Origin: Eledone cirrhosa
Lineage: Eukaryota
Reading direction: 5' to 3'
Length of the DNA stretch: 64,000 nt
NCBI GenBank assembly: GCA_964016885.1
Contig: OZ024743.1
Location: 54,808,001-54,872,000 of the forward strand
In this document: positions 12,989-24,886 of the stretch, in pieces
Layout of the letters: each line of letters starts with the position of its first letter
Position numbering within the stretch: position 1 is the first letter of the stretch
Made by a program: the position numbers and the translations under genes
Notes under the pieces: generated by a model
Seen by the model: only the letters and a program-made list of their open reading frames with translations
What the model was told of the DNA's origin: nothing
Databases searched by the model: none

Positions 12989-15900
12989 CTACAGGCGCAT
13001 GATCAGAGTAGGCCCACTCACGCGGGCCATTCTCGCCACATTCACCCACCTTTCAGTAAATGTACTGGGGGGCAGCACTTCTCTCTCCACCCTCACCTTC
13101 CTTTCCAAGTGAAACTTGAAGAAGTTGATGAGGGATTGGCCGAAGAGAAAAGTGTCTGTCTTCAGTCCTTTCAACCTGGTCCACCATGCAACCTCTTTCG
13201 CTACTGCCACCAGGCAGAGGAAAATTGCCTGCCCTTCCTGACCAAAAGAAGGCGGCGGGTCAATCTTCACTATGGACTCGGACGATAGCCGGATCCGTTC
13301 TACACGCGACAATAGCTGTTCGACATAACCCCACAAGTCAGCAATGCACGGACACTGGACGAGTGCGTGCAGAACGGTTTCGTCGCTCTGCGCGCATCTC
13401 GGGCAGGTTCGTCTGACAGCACTTCCGTGCCAGTAGAGTTTATCCCGAACCGGCAGCGACCCCCGGTAGCACTGCCAAGCGAGGGATTTCTGGAAGTTAT
13501 CCATCGTCCCCGGCTCGAAAGTCCTCCGGAACATACTGGTCAGTTCTACTTCGTTGACGCCTAGAGCCTCTCCTAGTACGTCATCGTACTTGCCCTCCAC
13601 TAATCCTCTATAGAAATCTTGAGTAGAAGTTCCACTGACCGCATTGCCCACCTTGCAGAGTGCAGTGAGCGCCTGGCAACATTCCAGATGCCAGTCGCCC
13701 AGTCTCGGTCTCTTCTTGACCCAGGACTGCAGCTCAGTCAAAGAGATGAGCTGCGGAAAGGCCCGTCTAACAAACGGCGACCACACCTGTTCACCGTTTA
13801 GGCAAAATATCTGGGGATGTCGCAGCCTCAGCGCATGTCTGCGCATCATTAGCCACGACATGCCCAGCCCTCCACGAAGAGTGTGCTGGCAGCAGATGGA
13901 CCGCCTCACCAACGGGACCCGTCCCCTCCACAAAAATTTGAAAAGGAGCCGTTCCAAATTGGCGAGGCGTGGACGGGGGCAAGGCACGACGGTCAGGCGG
14001 TAGTAGATGACGGACGCGATGTACGCGTTCGCCACCTCCGCCCGCCCTTTCAGTGATAGCTTTCTCTCAGCCCATTTCTGGGTGAGGTTGGCTATCCTGC
14101 TCGTCACCTCGTCCCAATTCTTATCCACCTGGAGGTCTGGTCCGAACCAAACCCCGAGCAACTTTACCGGTCCGTCTGTCCAGCGCCCAACGACGCTGTT
14201 GGACGGCATGGACTTGCCTCTCCAGGTGCCGAGCTGCAAGCCCACCGACTTTTCCGGGTTAAGTTTTGCTCCCGTCAACCTTTCATATTCCTCCAAATGG
14301 GTGCGGATCACCTCGATTTCCGAGGTGTCCGACACCATCACGGTGATGTCGTCTGCATAAGCGGACGCAGCCTTTCTACGTCCCGGTTCGAGCGGGATGC
14401 CCTGCAACAACTCCAGCTTCCGCAGTAGAGGCTCAAGAGTCAATACGTACAGAAGTGAGGAGAGAGGGCACCATTGACGGACCGATCGAGAGATCTGAAA
14501 CGGTTCCGAGAGGTGGCCATTAACTTTGACCACCGAGCAGATGCCGCTGTACATTGCAGCGATCCAGCTTCTGAAGACGGGGCCGAAGCCAGCCGCCTCG
14601 AGGACAGCCTCCAAGTACCGATGGTCGACCCTATCGAATGCTTTCGATTGATCTAAATTGATCAGAGCCCCACCGAAGCCAGGTTTGCACCCAACCCTCT
14701 CTATGATGTATCGCATGAGGTGGAGGTTGTCGTGTATGGACCTGGTCGGGATTGCGCAAGTTTGCGCCTCTCCAACCAAATCTTTGACGACAAGCGCCAA
14801 CCTTTTCGCTAACACCTTGGCCAAAATCTTAAACTCTGTGTTGAGCAGGGTTATGGGCCAGAAATTATCTAGTGTGTCCCTCTTGTTCTCGTCTTTCCTT
14901 ATCAGCGTCACTACGCCACGGCTCACAGAACTGGGAATGCTCCCGTTCTGCTGCCAGTTGCAGTAGAGCGCTTCGAGGAGATCGGAGAACAAGTCTGGCA
15001 TATTTACGTAAAGCTCGTAGGGCAGACCATCCAAACCGGGTGACTTGCGACTCGAGCAGCCGACAAGGGCGTCCTGAATTTCGACTGATGTTATCGGCTC
15101 TTCGCAGCGCTCAGCGTCGGCCGTCGAGAGGCGTGGCAAGCCGTCGAGGTAGGGACTGAAGTCCGCAGCCGTCTCCGACTCACCCATCCTCCCGAACAAT
15201 CGAGCAAAGTGCTGGCGAAAGGCCTCACACATCTGCTTGGAATCGCTCAGTTCGTGTCCATCTCGATCCGTCAAAGACCGAATTGTGGTTTTATTTCCAC
15301 GCTGCGTCTCTGCAAAGCGAGCCCATCGGGCAGCTTTGGTTCCCTCGTTCCTCAGAGCACGCGCCTTAGCTCTGACAATGCAACCTTCGTGTTTCGCATT
15401 GAAGAAATGGTCTAGTGCCATTCTCGCCGCTAGCACGTCTGTTGCAATGCCACTACAACTAGCCTCGTCTAACTGAGCTATCAGCCCCTCCTCCTTTCTA
15501 TTTTTCTCTATTGCTACTTCTTTGCTAAATCCTATCGAGGTTGCTCTAATCTCTCTTTTGAGAGCCCCCCACCACCTGTTGTTGACAACCCCCCCTGTCA
15601 ACTTTTGCTTAACTAAGTTGTTGACCCGGTCCCTGTAAGCTTTACGTGCCGGAAACGACATGTTTAGCTTCCAGTAGCAAGGTCCTAACCTACGTGTCTT
15701 ATCTAGGTCGACCATACAGATCACAAGCTTGTGATCTGAATAGGCAACCGTTTTAAAATGTGGACATCCTACACTATTTCTATCTCTTTTCCTAAAGAAA
15801 ATCCTATCTATGTACGATCTAGATGACCCTATGCGATTGGTCCAGGTCCATACTGGCGCATTAGGGAAATCTAGTCGGTACCTGTCAGACAGTTGAAACT

Positions 15901-16408
15901 GGCTGATCAGGTACTTGAGGCTTTTGCACCCCCCGCTCCTATCAGATACTCCCACACAATCCCAGCGTGCTTCTAAGATGCCATTCCAATCCCCTATTAA
16001 CAGTAAAGGGCGAGACGTAAGCAGAAAGTTTTCCAGGCGCCTAAAGAAGTCCGGCCGACCGGCCCCAGTAGGGGCGTAGACGGCCACCAGTCTAAAGGCA
16101 CCACCTTCGCTATTGCTCACGTCCAGGACCACCAACTTGCCGTCAGGATCCCGGAAGATTGACCTTACCTCGAGATCCAGACATTTCCTAAACAGCACAG
16201 CCACTCCACCTCCCATTCCCGGCCGACTAACAGATGCAAAGATCTGATAATCGTCGAAAATCGGCGCCAGTGCGCGTGTGTCGGAAATTCTGGTCTCGCT
16301 GATGGCAATTACATCCATTCCTAGTGACCTGAGGTCGTTGAGCAAGTGACCTTGCTTCCAGGGCGACCCCAGGCCACGAACATTTAAACTTCCTACTCTT
16401 ATGGCCAT
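12989..16408 (-). CDS. LINE ORF2: AP endonuclease + reverse transcriptase + C-terminal Cys/His motif (1139 aa)
   Basis: SLNVRGL, GDWN and SDH (endonuclease); PGLDG, LDQSKAFDRV and AYADD (RT); CPRC...ETVLHALVQC. Confidence 0.95.
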   Translation of the reverse strand: MAIRVGSLNVRGLGSPWKQGHLLNDLRSLGMDVIAISETRISDTRALAPIFDDYQIFASVSRPGMGGGVAVLFRKCLDLEVRSIFRDPDGKLVVLDVSNSEGGAFRLVAVYAPTGAGRPDFFRRLENFLLTSRPLLLIGDWNGILEARWDCVGVSDRSGGCKSLKYLISQFQLSDRYRLDFPNAPVWTWTNRIGSSRSYIDRIFFRKRDRNSVGCPHFKTVAYSDHKLVICMVDLDKTRRLGPCYWKLNMSFPARKAYRDRVNNLVKQKLTGGVVNNRWWGALKREIRATSIGFSKEVAIEKNRKEEGLIAQLDEASCSGIATDVLAARMALDHFFNAKHEGCIVRAKARALRNEGTKAARWARFAETQRGNKTTIRSLTDRDGHELSDSKQMCEAFRQHFARLFGRMGESETAADFSPYLDGLPRLSTADAERCEEPITSVEIQDALVGCSSRKSPGLDGLPYELYVNMPDLFSDLLEALYCNWQQNGSIPSSVSRGVVTLIRKDENKRDTLDNFWPITLLNTEFKILAKVLAKRLALVVKDLVGEAQTCAIPTRSIHDNLHLMRYIIERVGCKPGFGGALINLDQSKAFDRVDHRYLEAVLEAAGFGPVFRSWIAAMYSGICSVVKVNGHLSEPFQISRSVRQWCPLSSLLYVLTLEPLLRKLELLQGIPLEPGRRKAASAYADDITVMVSDTSEIEVIRTHLEEYERLTGAKLNPEKSVGLQLGTWRGKSMPSNSVVGRWTDGPVKLLGVWFGPDLQVDKNWDEVTSRIANLTQKWAERKLSLKGRAEVANAYIASVIYYRLTVVPCPRPRLANLERLLFKFLWRGRVPLVRRSICCQHTLRGGLGMSWLMMRRHALRLRHPQIFCLNGEQVWSPFVRRAFPQLISLTELQSWVKKRPRLGDWHLECCQALTALCKVGNAVSGTSTQDFYRGLVEGKYDDVLGEALGVNEVELTSMFRRTFEPGTMDNFQKSLAWQCYRGSLPVRDKLYWHGSAVRRTCPRCAQSDETVLHALVQCPCIADLWGYVEQLLSRVERIRLSSESIVKIDPPPSFGQEGQAIFLCLVAVAKEVAWWTRLKGLKTDTFLFGQSLINFFKFHLERKVRVEREVLPPSTFTERWVNVARMARVSGPTLIMRL

Positions 16409-16440
16409 GCTGGCAGGATGAATGGGAGAGGAAAGGTTTA

Positions 16441-18351
16441 CTAACCTTCCGGGGTCTTGTGAAGGTCGGGTGGTTCGACCTCCATGGTTTGTGGGGTTTC
16501 TTTTGGGAACCCCTTTAATAGTCTTGAAGTGGGTTTTACGTTCGGGGTTCCCACATCCCGAGGAAAGCTCTTTCGAATTTCTTTGTATGAAGCGAGCGAC
16601 ATTCGCATCAGAAGCAAATTATCTGGTACGCGAAATGTGCTCGCTTCAAATGTTTCCCCCTCTTTTTCGATGTTTGTGCTTCGTGCTACATGGGCCATCA
16701 ATTCCTTGTTGGCCCTTCTGGCAAGCACGAAGTTTTTAATGTTTTGTTGCTCAGGTTTTATTTGTTCGTGTGATTGTGGTGGTGATAGCTTTGTTAGTGT
16801 TGTTTCTATTGTGTCTGCGTTTGTTGTGGGTGGGGTGTCTGTAGTTTCTGATGTTTGTGTGTCTATTTGTTCTTGTGTCTGTTTAGCTTGTTTGCGTTTG
16901 GGGGATTTTGGTGGTTGTGTTGGTGATGCTGTGGGGAAAATGTTTGTGTGGGTGGTGTGTGTATTTTTTTTTGTGGGGGTGTTTGTGCTTTGCGGATTTC
17001 TTTTTTTTTTGTGTTTTGTTTTTTGTATTTTGGGGGACTTTGGTTTTCCCTCATCTTCACTGCTGGAGGATGAGGGGTCTGTGGCTGTGAGCGTGTTTGT
17101 GTCTGAGTGAGTGTTTATGTTCTTGTTCTTGTGTGTATTTGGGGGGGGGGGAGGGGGAATGGGAGAGCTTTCCTCGTTTCCCCCCTGGGTGTGCAATTTT
17201 GGTGGTTCCATTGTTGACGGTGTTGCTGGTGGTCCTTGTCCCGGCGTCGCCAGCAGTAGAATCTTTCGACCCCTTGCGCTTTTCGGCAGTTGAGGGCAGA
17301 AGGCTCGCAAGTGTGTCGTTTCCCCACAAAGGAAACAATGCGGCCTTTTGCCCTCAGTCATTATATGCAACACCCTCCCGTTTTGGAGGCGGATGTGGTC
17401 CGGGATTGCTTTTACGTTTTCGGGTCTGATTTGGAGCAGTATCTCCAGATCAACCCCGGACCAGTCGTCCCTGGCAGTTCTCGTTGCCTCTACCGGGACT
17501 GTATCCGTTCCTTCCACGATTACGCAACCCAGGAGCCACCACATATCAAGTCCTGGTGGAATCCTGGGAATGCGCACACGTGCTATTCGTTTTCCCATGT
17601 GGGAGGGGTACATTATGACCTTGCTGGTTTTGCAAGGGGTCATTGAATGCTTCACAGCGAGGGCTTCAGACTTGAACAGCACCGAAACGGTGCCGTATTG
17701 CCTGCCCCTCTCTATGAAGTCTGTGTCCTCTCTGATGTATTTCAGTGCGGCTTCTATATCAGCTTGGGTTATTATCGCTGCCCTCTTTGTCTCTACTGAG
17801 ATGCATCTGAAATGCACCGTTCTTTTTTCCACTGCCTCAATGGCTTCTGCCGGGACAGTTAAGTTTGCCCAGGTCTGCTCTTGATTTATGATTTTCCAGG
17901 CCTGGGCCAACTTTTCCTCTCTGTTGGTTAAGTCGATGCTGTAGCATGGTCTCCTTTTAGCCGCTGCCACAGCAGCGAAGGTGTTCTTGTTGGTGTTGTC
18001 ACTGTTTTTGTTCTTGTTGGTGTTGCTGCTGCTATTGCTGTTGTTGTTCTCCCCTGTGTCGTGGTTACCCTCTGTGCTGTTGGCCTTGTTGGTGCTGCTG
18101 CTGTCGCTACTATTACTCTCTGTGCTGTTCGTTTTGTTGGTGCTCTCGCTATTACCACCTTCTGCGCTGTTCGGCTTGTTGGTGTTGGTGTTGTCGCTGT
18201 TACCACCTTCCGCGCCGCTCGGCCCGTTGGTGCTGGCACTGTCGCTGCTCACACTCGTGCTGGTGGCGCTCCTCGCCCCACCTCTCCTCTCAACGCTCAA
18301 GTCGCCGTTGCACGACAGCAGACCCGCCTCTAGGGGGCGTGGCTCCGCCAT
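16441..18351 (-). CDS. LINE ORF1 (gag-like, CCHC zinc knuckle, 636 aa)
   Basis: CFLCGETTHLRAFC fits CX2CX4HX4C; Ser/Asn-rich N-terminus; ends 32 bp upstream of ORF2. Confidence 0.9.
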   Translation of the reverse strand: MAEPRPLEAGLLSCNGDLSVERRGGARSATSTSVSSDSASTNGPSGAEGGNSDNTNTNKPNSAEGGNSESTNKTNSTESNSSDSSSTNKANSTEGNHDTGENNNSNSSSNTNKNKNSDNTNKNTFAAVAAAKRRPCYSIDLTNREEKLAQAWKIINQEQTWANLTVPAEAIEAVEKRTVHFRCISVETKRAAIITQADIEAALKYIREDTDFIERGRQYGTVSVLFKSEALAVKHSMTPCKTSKVIMYPSHMGKRIARVRIPRIPPGLDMWWLLGCVIVEGTDTVPVEATRTARDDWSGVDLEILLQIRPENVKAIPDHIRLQNGRVLHIMTEGKRPHCFLCGETTHLRAFCPQLPKSARGRKILLLATPGQGPPATPSTMEPPKLHTQGGNEESSPIPPPPPPNTHKNKNINTHSDTNTLTATDPSSSSSEDEGKPKSPKIQKTKHKKKRNPQSTNTPTKKNTHTTHTNIFPTASPTQPPKSPKRKQAKQTQEQIDTQTSETTDTPPTTNADTIETTLTKLSPPQSHEQIKPEQQNIKNFVLARRANKELMAHVARSTNIEKEGETFEASTFRVPDNLLLMRMSLASYKEIRKSFPRDVGTPNVKPTSRLLKGFPKETPQTMEVEPPDLHKTPEG

Positions 18352-18877
18352 GTTTTTTTGAGAAAAAAAATTATTATTTTTCCAAAATAAAGTTCAAATA
18401 TTTGGGCCAAAAGGCCCAAATATTATGAGTTATTCCTTCACAGGATACAAATGAATGTCTTATAATGCTTCAGCGGTACAAAAAAATAAACAATTCTCCA
18501 CAATTAATCCTCAAAAAATTGCTTACTCACGGAGCTTCAAAAAACGTACATCCACTCTCGTCAATAATAATAATAATAATAATAATAACAACAATAATAA
18601 TAACGACAACAACAATAATAATATACATATACATATATATATGCACATACACGCACACACATAAAGATATCTATACACACACACACACACGATACCAACT
18701 AACAGCGCTGCGATCGAATGTGGCTTTTTAGCCAAGCCAATGATCTAAAATGTCTTGCACAGAGTCGGCAACCAAAACATTCACTGGGAATAGTCGGCTG
18801 TGGTTGGAGTTCGTGTACTTTTGCATGTCGTGGTAATTTCGTGGTAATTTCTATGTAGGTTATACTTGGAGTAATAA

Positions 18878-19394
18878 TAGTTAAAGAAAGAAGAGTAACA
18901 TGGTTGGCTGTACAATAAGGGCTTTATTTAAAGTACTGACAATTGTTTCGTTGATCAGGTGTGTCTAGAGTTTACTAATCACTTGAGGTTGCGTCAATCG
19001 ATCTCCAATACATTGTTTACCACTGGTCAACACATCAGAGCACGTAGTTATGAAAATAGTTCACTCGGGGCAAGACTTATATAGAAAAATAGTTTAACAC
19101 CAAAACAATAACATCAACAATAAAATAGTGTATATTTAAAACAATAACATCAATAGTAAAACATGTATGGTAAATAGATAGAGAAGTTACAGATGTAAAA
19201 AAGTAAAATATAAGATAGGGTACATTAACAAATAATAATAATTGTTTCTACTTTAGGCACAAGGCCAGCAATTAACCAGTACATTACTGGTACTTTATTT
19301 TATCGATCCCGTAAGGATGAAAGGCAAAGTTAACCTCGGCGGGATTTGAATTAAAAAATAATAATAAGAAGAAAATGAGGAAATGGAGAATACA

Positions 19395-19461
<67 letters not shown>

Positions 19462-20352
19462 CTGAGAGAGTGTACGTAGAATTAGATTTTAGTAGTTTTT
19501 GAGGAAGTGTTTTTTGGTGCTAACATGAGAAACCAGATTTGAGATGTAGATAAATTTGTGTGGAGGGTCCGATAAAAGAAAAGACAATAAATTAGAGATT
19601 AATTGATGTATACTATTTATGGGCTGACAGGGCGTTTGATAAACGTTTGTTGTAGATGTTTTGCTGGTTGTTCTATCTTAATGAGGTTGATGGAGAGAGG
19701 GTGGAAGAAGTGTACATAGATTTATGGTCCAGTGATCAGTTGGCTGTTTGATAGCTAATAGTGGTGCGATAGTGTATATTCTATATGTTAAAATCTAGGT
19801 GGTTCAGTACTAATTTTGGGATAGCTGGTTCAAATCATGGTGGTTTGAAGTTCGTAAATCTAGTAGCTATTTTATGCCTACAGAAAATCGATCTTTCTAT
19901 TTTGCTGTTAAGCAGCATCCTATCGTGCCTTAAAATATGTAGCAGTTCTAAATTACAGAGCCCGCAGTGGAACGTACCGTTGGTGTCAATAATTTCGACG
20001 AGCTAATCTTATATTCTAGGTTTTTGTCCTTAAGCTGCCAGATTTTATTGGCGAGCGTTGTAGAGTTCTCCAGTGCGCTGTTCCTCGTGGAGTGTCTGTG
20101 GACGTACCACCTTTTCTTAAACTCCCCAGCTGTGGAATCTATGTAGTGCCAAGTAGAGTTGCCTGAATTCACAATACACAGGTATACCATGCTCGAGTCC
20201 AGGCCTCTATTCTGTAGTGGGCACTTATCTGGTAGGTGGCAATTACAATTTAAGGTTTTATTTTGTGCAGGTTCGTCGTGATCAACGAAACAATTGACAG
20301 TGCTTTAAATAAAGCCCTTATTGTACAGCCAACCATGTTACTTTTCTTTCTT

Positions 20353-20358
<6 letters not shown>
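18878..20358 (-). mobile_element. 5'-truncated PLE with inverted terminal arm
   Basis: Degenerate GIY-YIG (CNCHLPDKCPLQ...MVYLC...YIDST...KRWYVH) at ~19870-20255; 20280-20358 is an inverted copy of 18878-18956. Confidence 0.85.
18933..19043 (-). ncRNA. Type I hammerhead (A9>U, probably decayed)
   Basis: gtgct-CTGATGT-gttgacc...gatcaac-GAAAC aatt GTC-agtac. Confidence 0.7.
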
Positions 20359-20393
<35 letters not shown>

Positions 20394-20395
<2 letters not shown>

Positions 20396-21132
20396 CAATA
20401 TATTTAGAAACACACAGATACATGCGGACACACACATATATACATGAATGCATCCGCACCCAACTGTGGGTTAAGGGTGCCAACTTCACCGATGTTGCTC
20501 AATGAATGACCGGGACAGACCAATTCAGTTGAACTAGACTGAACCAGTATCAGAGTTAAAAATACATTATGAAGAGAGAAGAAACATTTAGATATAATTA
20601 GTAATAAAATGTATCATACCTAAACTGCTCCTAAATTCCTCGACTACGTAGTTTCGTGGCATAAACAAAAACAATATATCATAAAGATATAGAGTCCCTG
20701 CGAGGTCTGCCGACTTATCAAGAGGATACCTCATTTTACTAGTCTCAAGAACGCGTCTACACGACGTGAGAAAGAATCCCAAAAGGCGGAGGGGGAGATA
20801 GTCACGCGATATAACGGTCGAGAAACAGAGCTAAGCCTCTTATAACCCCGAAGAAAATACCACAGAGGCGGAGGGGGTATTCATATCGAGGCCGCAGAAG
20901 AGGTGGTGAAGAAGGCTAGAAGTATGAGTAATGGAAGCTTTCCAGTTGTCCCCACACTTCAAAGATTGCTCGACCAGAGGGAGTTATTAACAATATATTT
21001 AGAAACACACAGATACATGCGGACACACACATATATACATGAATGCATCCGCGTAGTCGAGGAATTTAGGAGCAGTTTAGGTATGATACATTTTATTACT
21101 AATTATATCTAAATGTTTCTTCTCTCTTCATA

Positions 21133-21137
<5 letters not shown>
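20394..21137 (-). mobile_element. Retrozyme-like family A, ~1.1 monomer plus inverted arm
   Basis: CAATATATTTAGAAAC recurs at 20396 and 20991 (period 595); strand switch at ~21052; hammerhead at 20638-20725 (-). Confidence 0.85.
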
Positions 21138-21209
<72 letters not shown>

Positions 21210-21380
21210 AGTTAATATAAATTAATATATATGATAAACACTAATACAATCATATAAGTGTTTGTATTGTAAATGACCAAGTTAGCTAAATTGAAAAATA
21301 CTAATTAGATTAATACAGTTTGCCTGTCTCGATTTAAAATAATAAATCAATAAAAACAAACCCATATTGGCAATAGCTGT

Positions 21381-21510
21381 GGTACTTGGACAAATTTAAA
21401 TTTCAAAATACAAACCTGTTCCGTAGATAAGTTTAAACTTCAAAACCCAAATAAGTTTCGATAATTGAAAAAGTGAAACATTCCATCTTCTGTTCTCATC
21501 AGCAAGTACC
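21381..21510 (-). ncRNA. Type I hammerhead with long stem III (family B)
   Basis: ggtacttg-CTGATGA-ga...tc-GAAAC...(~60 nt)...GTC-caagtacc; perfect 8-bp helix I. Confidence 0.75.
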
Positions 21511-22074
21511 CAGAAAATTGGTATGTTTCACCTCAGAATATTTAAGAGGACTGATCGACGCACATGGTTTTTCAGCGTCTAGCTACCCCATACTCGTGCT
21601 GCTAGAAATAACAGACGTTTATATGGGACTAAAATTAGCTCAACAATAGAGTAATAAACTCAAACAGTCTTTTACAATTAAATAGCTCAAAGAAAGAAGT
21701 ATTTCTGAGCCGTGAAATACAAGTTAATATGAATTAATATATATGATAAACACTAATACAATCATATGTGTTTGTATTGTAAATGACCAAGTTAGCTAGA
21801 TTGAAAAATACTAATTTGATTAATACAGTTTGCCTGTCTCGATTTAAAATAATAATTATTATTTTAAACTTATCTACGGAACAGGTTTGGATTTTGAAAT
21901 TTAAATTTGTCCAAGTACCACGGCTATTGCCAATATGGGTTTGTTTTTATTGATTTATTATTTTAAATCGAGACAGGCAAACTGTATTAATCTAATTAGT
22001 ATTTTTCAATCTAGCTAACTTGGTCATTTACAATACAAACACTTATATGATTGTATTAGTGTTTATCATATATA

Positions 22075-22167
22075 GGTTGACTTTGCCTTTCATCCTTACG
22101 GGGTCGATTAAATAAAGTACCAGTAATGCACTGGGTAATTGCTGGCCTTGTGCCTAATGTAGAAACA
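22075..22167 (+). mobile_element. 5'-truncated SINE nested in family B
   Basis: 20-bp TSD ATTAGTGTTTATCATATATA at 22055-22074 and 22168-22187. Confidence 0.85.
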
Positions 22168-22286
22168 ATTAGTGTTTATCATATATATTAATTTATATTA
22201 ACTTGTATTTCACGGCTCAGAAATACTTCTTTCTTCGAGCTATTTAATTGTAAAAGACTGTTTGAGTTTATAACTCTATATATATA

Positions 22287-22356
<70 letters not shown>

Positions 22357-22381
22357 CATATATATATATATATGTATACTT

Positions 22382-22582
22382 ATGAAAAGATTCAGGACCT
22401 CGACGACTGAGCGCCGGCCATTTCGACAGGTAAATCCGAACGGATCTCGCTGTCGAAACGGCCGGAGGTCAGCCGTCGGGGTGGTGAATCTTTTTACATT
22501 ACCCACTCTACAACTCCAAGTATTGAGTACACTGGTGCGTTATGGTCCACCTGGTATCTTAGCACACTCTCTTTGCTGCTTA
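22382..22582. mobile_element. Two-armed insert carrying hammerhead 3' halves
   Basis: gtc-GAAAC ggc cggaggtca gcc GTC-gggg on the plus strand with a mirror copy on the minus strand. Relatives at ~4645-4775, 40195-40300 and 54850-55045. Confidence 0.6.
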
Positions 22583-22590
22583 TACATATA

Positions 22591-22660
<70 letters not shown>

Positions 22661-22814
22661 CATGTATCATCATCATCATCATCATCATCATCATTTTACG
22701 TCCGCTTTTACCTGCATGCATATATATGTATATATATATGTATATATATATGTGTATGTATATATACATACACTTATATATATATATATATATATATACA
22801 TATGTACCGACATA

Positions 22815-22846
<32 letters not shown>

Positions 22847-22917
22847 CAGTGTATATATATACGTATACATATATATATACACATACACACACGCACGCAC
22901 ACACACACACACACGCG

Positions 22918-22979
<62 letters not shown>

Positions 22980-23522
22980 CATGCATGCATATATATGTAT
23001 ATATGTATATAGATATATACATATATGCATACGTCTATAAGCATTTTCCAAACACATACATATACAAACATATAAGAAGGTTCGAGGCCATATGTATTAC
23101 AGTGTTCAACATGAAATTATCATAAAAGCAACAAGAAAAGCAATGACGCAGTGAGAAGAGAAAAAGAAACGATTTGTAATACTGGGAGGGTAGGGTGGAC
23201 AAAACAATGCGTGATGTTAAAACATGGGTGGCGGGTAGATTTAGTAGAGGCTGCTATTTATCTTGTAAGGTTAAGCCTTGCCTCACAGCAGCGACATATT
23301 ACGCAAATACTTCATCAAATTGAGAACTTATACAAGAACGAACGCCATTTTCTGGATGATAAATGCATCGTTATATATGCATAATGCCATCGGACGGATA
23401 ATAGATAGACAGTGGGGAGTGTAGCTTTTGTATAGAATAACATGGAATTGATATATATATGTATATATATATATATATATACATATATATCTCTATATAT
23501 ATATTTACACACACACGCACAC

Positions 23523-23633
<111 letters not shown>

Positions 23634-23735
23634 ATTTAAAAAGAAATGTGTAACGTATCTGTATGTGTGTATGCAAGACCTCACATTATATATATATGTG
23701 TGTATATATATATATGTGTATATATATATATATAT

Positions 23736-23810
<75 letters not shown>

Positions 23811-23839
23811 CATATATATATATATATATATATGCATAC

Positions 23840-23904
<65 letters not shown>

Positions 23905-24632
23905 TGCATATGTATATAATATATGTAATATATTGGTGGATATGTATATATGTATGCGTACATATATAAATGCATCTACATGAAAAAATCTACGCATTCA
24001 GAGATAAATATATACATTTAATCATACATGTATGCGTGTGTGTTCATATACCAATATTTATCTATATCTCTGTCTACAGAACTTCTTCTCGCTAACAGCA
24101 AAACATTATCACGAATAAGAAGATTTTCAAATTTTATATGTATACCCTTATATTGTGTTAGAGAGCCTTCGCCGTTTCCGCCATATTTCGTGAGAGAGTT
24201 GAGAATATTTTGCACAATCAACTTGGAATGAGGAAGGTTTCTGCTTGGTGGGTGCCACGTATTCTGACACCTGACCAAAACCGCACCAGACTGATCACAA
24301 CAGGGGAAAATCTGACGTTTTGAGGCATATCAAGCTGGTTTTCTTGAACAGTTCCTAATCCAGGATGAGTTTTGGTTTCATCACTTTGGGCCAAAAACAA
24401 AGAGACAATTCATGCAGAGGAAACTCCCCTCCTCATCTGCTCCAATGAAGGCAAAGTCATTTGATTTGCAGGGAATATGGTGGCCTCAGATTTTTAGATT
24501 ATAATTATTTAATGTGATCAAGAAGTAAATTGCTAGGTTTTGTCTAATAATTTGGCGTGGGTGAGAGTGGAACACGTAGTGAAAAACACAGACTTTATAT
24601 TTTTCTCAGTGTAGTCAAATCAAGGAGTATCA

Positions 24633-24671
<39 letters not shown>

Positions 24672-24886
24672 GAATGCTATGGTTGACGGAGGCTCGGCTC
24701 TGTCAGGTATTGTAAATTTTGACCGCTATAACAATTGTAAATTGTTTAAAACTTTAACCAACTTGTAGACAAAAAAACCCTCCTCCTCGTGAGAGGGGTC
24801 TTTCTGCCCGTTATTTGGCCCTTCGGGGTTAAATAACCGCTTATTGGGGTTTTGTGCCCAATGTTTATTTTAAACAAAAAAAAAAC

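Larger units (their letters stand above)
12730..18562 (-). mobile_element. Full-length Tx1/L1-clade non-LTR retrotransposon
   Basis: 5' UTR, ORF1, ORF2 and a 3' UTR ending AATAAATGAAATC; (ATT)n-type repeats on both flanks. Confidence 0.93.
21209..22277. mobile_element. Retrozyme-like family B (512-bp monomer) with inverted arm
   Basis: AAGTTAATAT recurs at 21209 and 21721; inverted arm from ~21860 to 22277; flanked by (TA)n. Confidence 0.8.

Noticed and set aside
13186-18361. Many plus-strand ORFs opposite the Tx1 element
   Set aside because: Antisense shadows of GC-rich LINE coding sequence.
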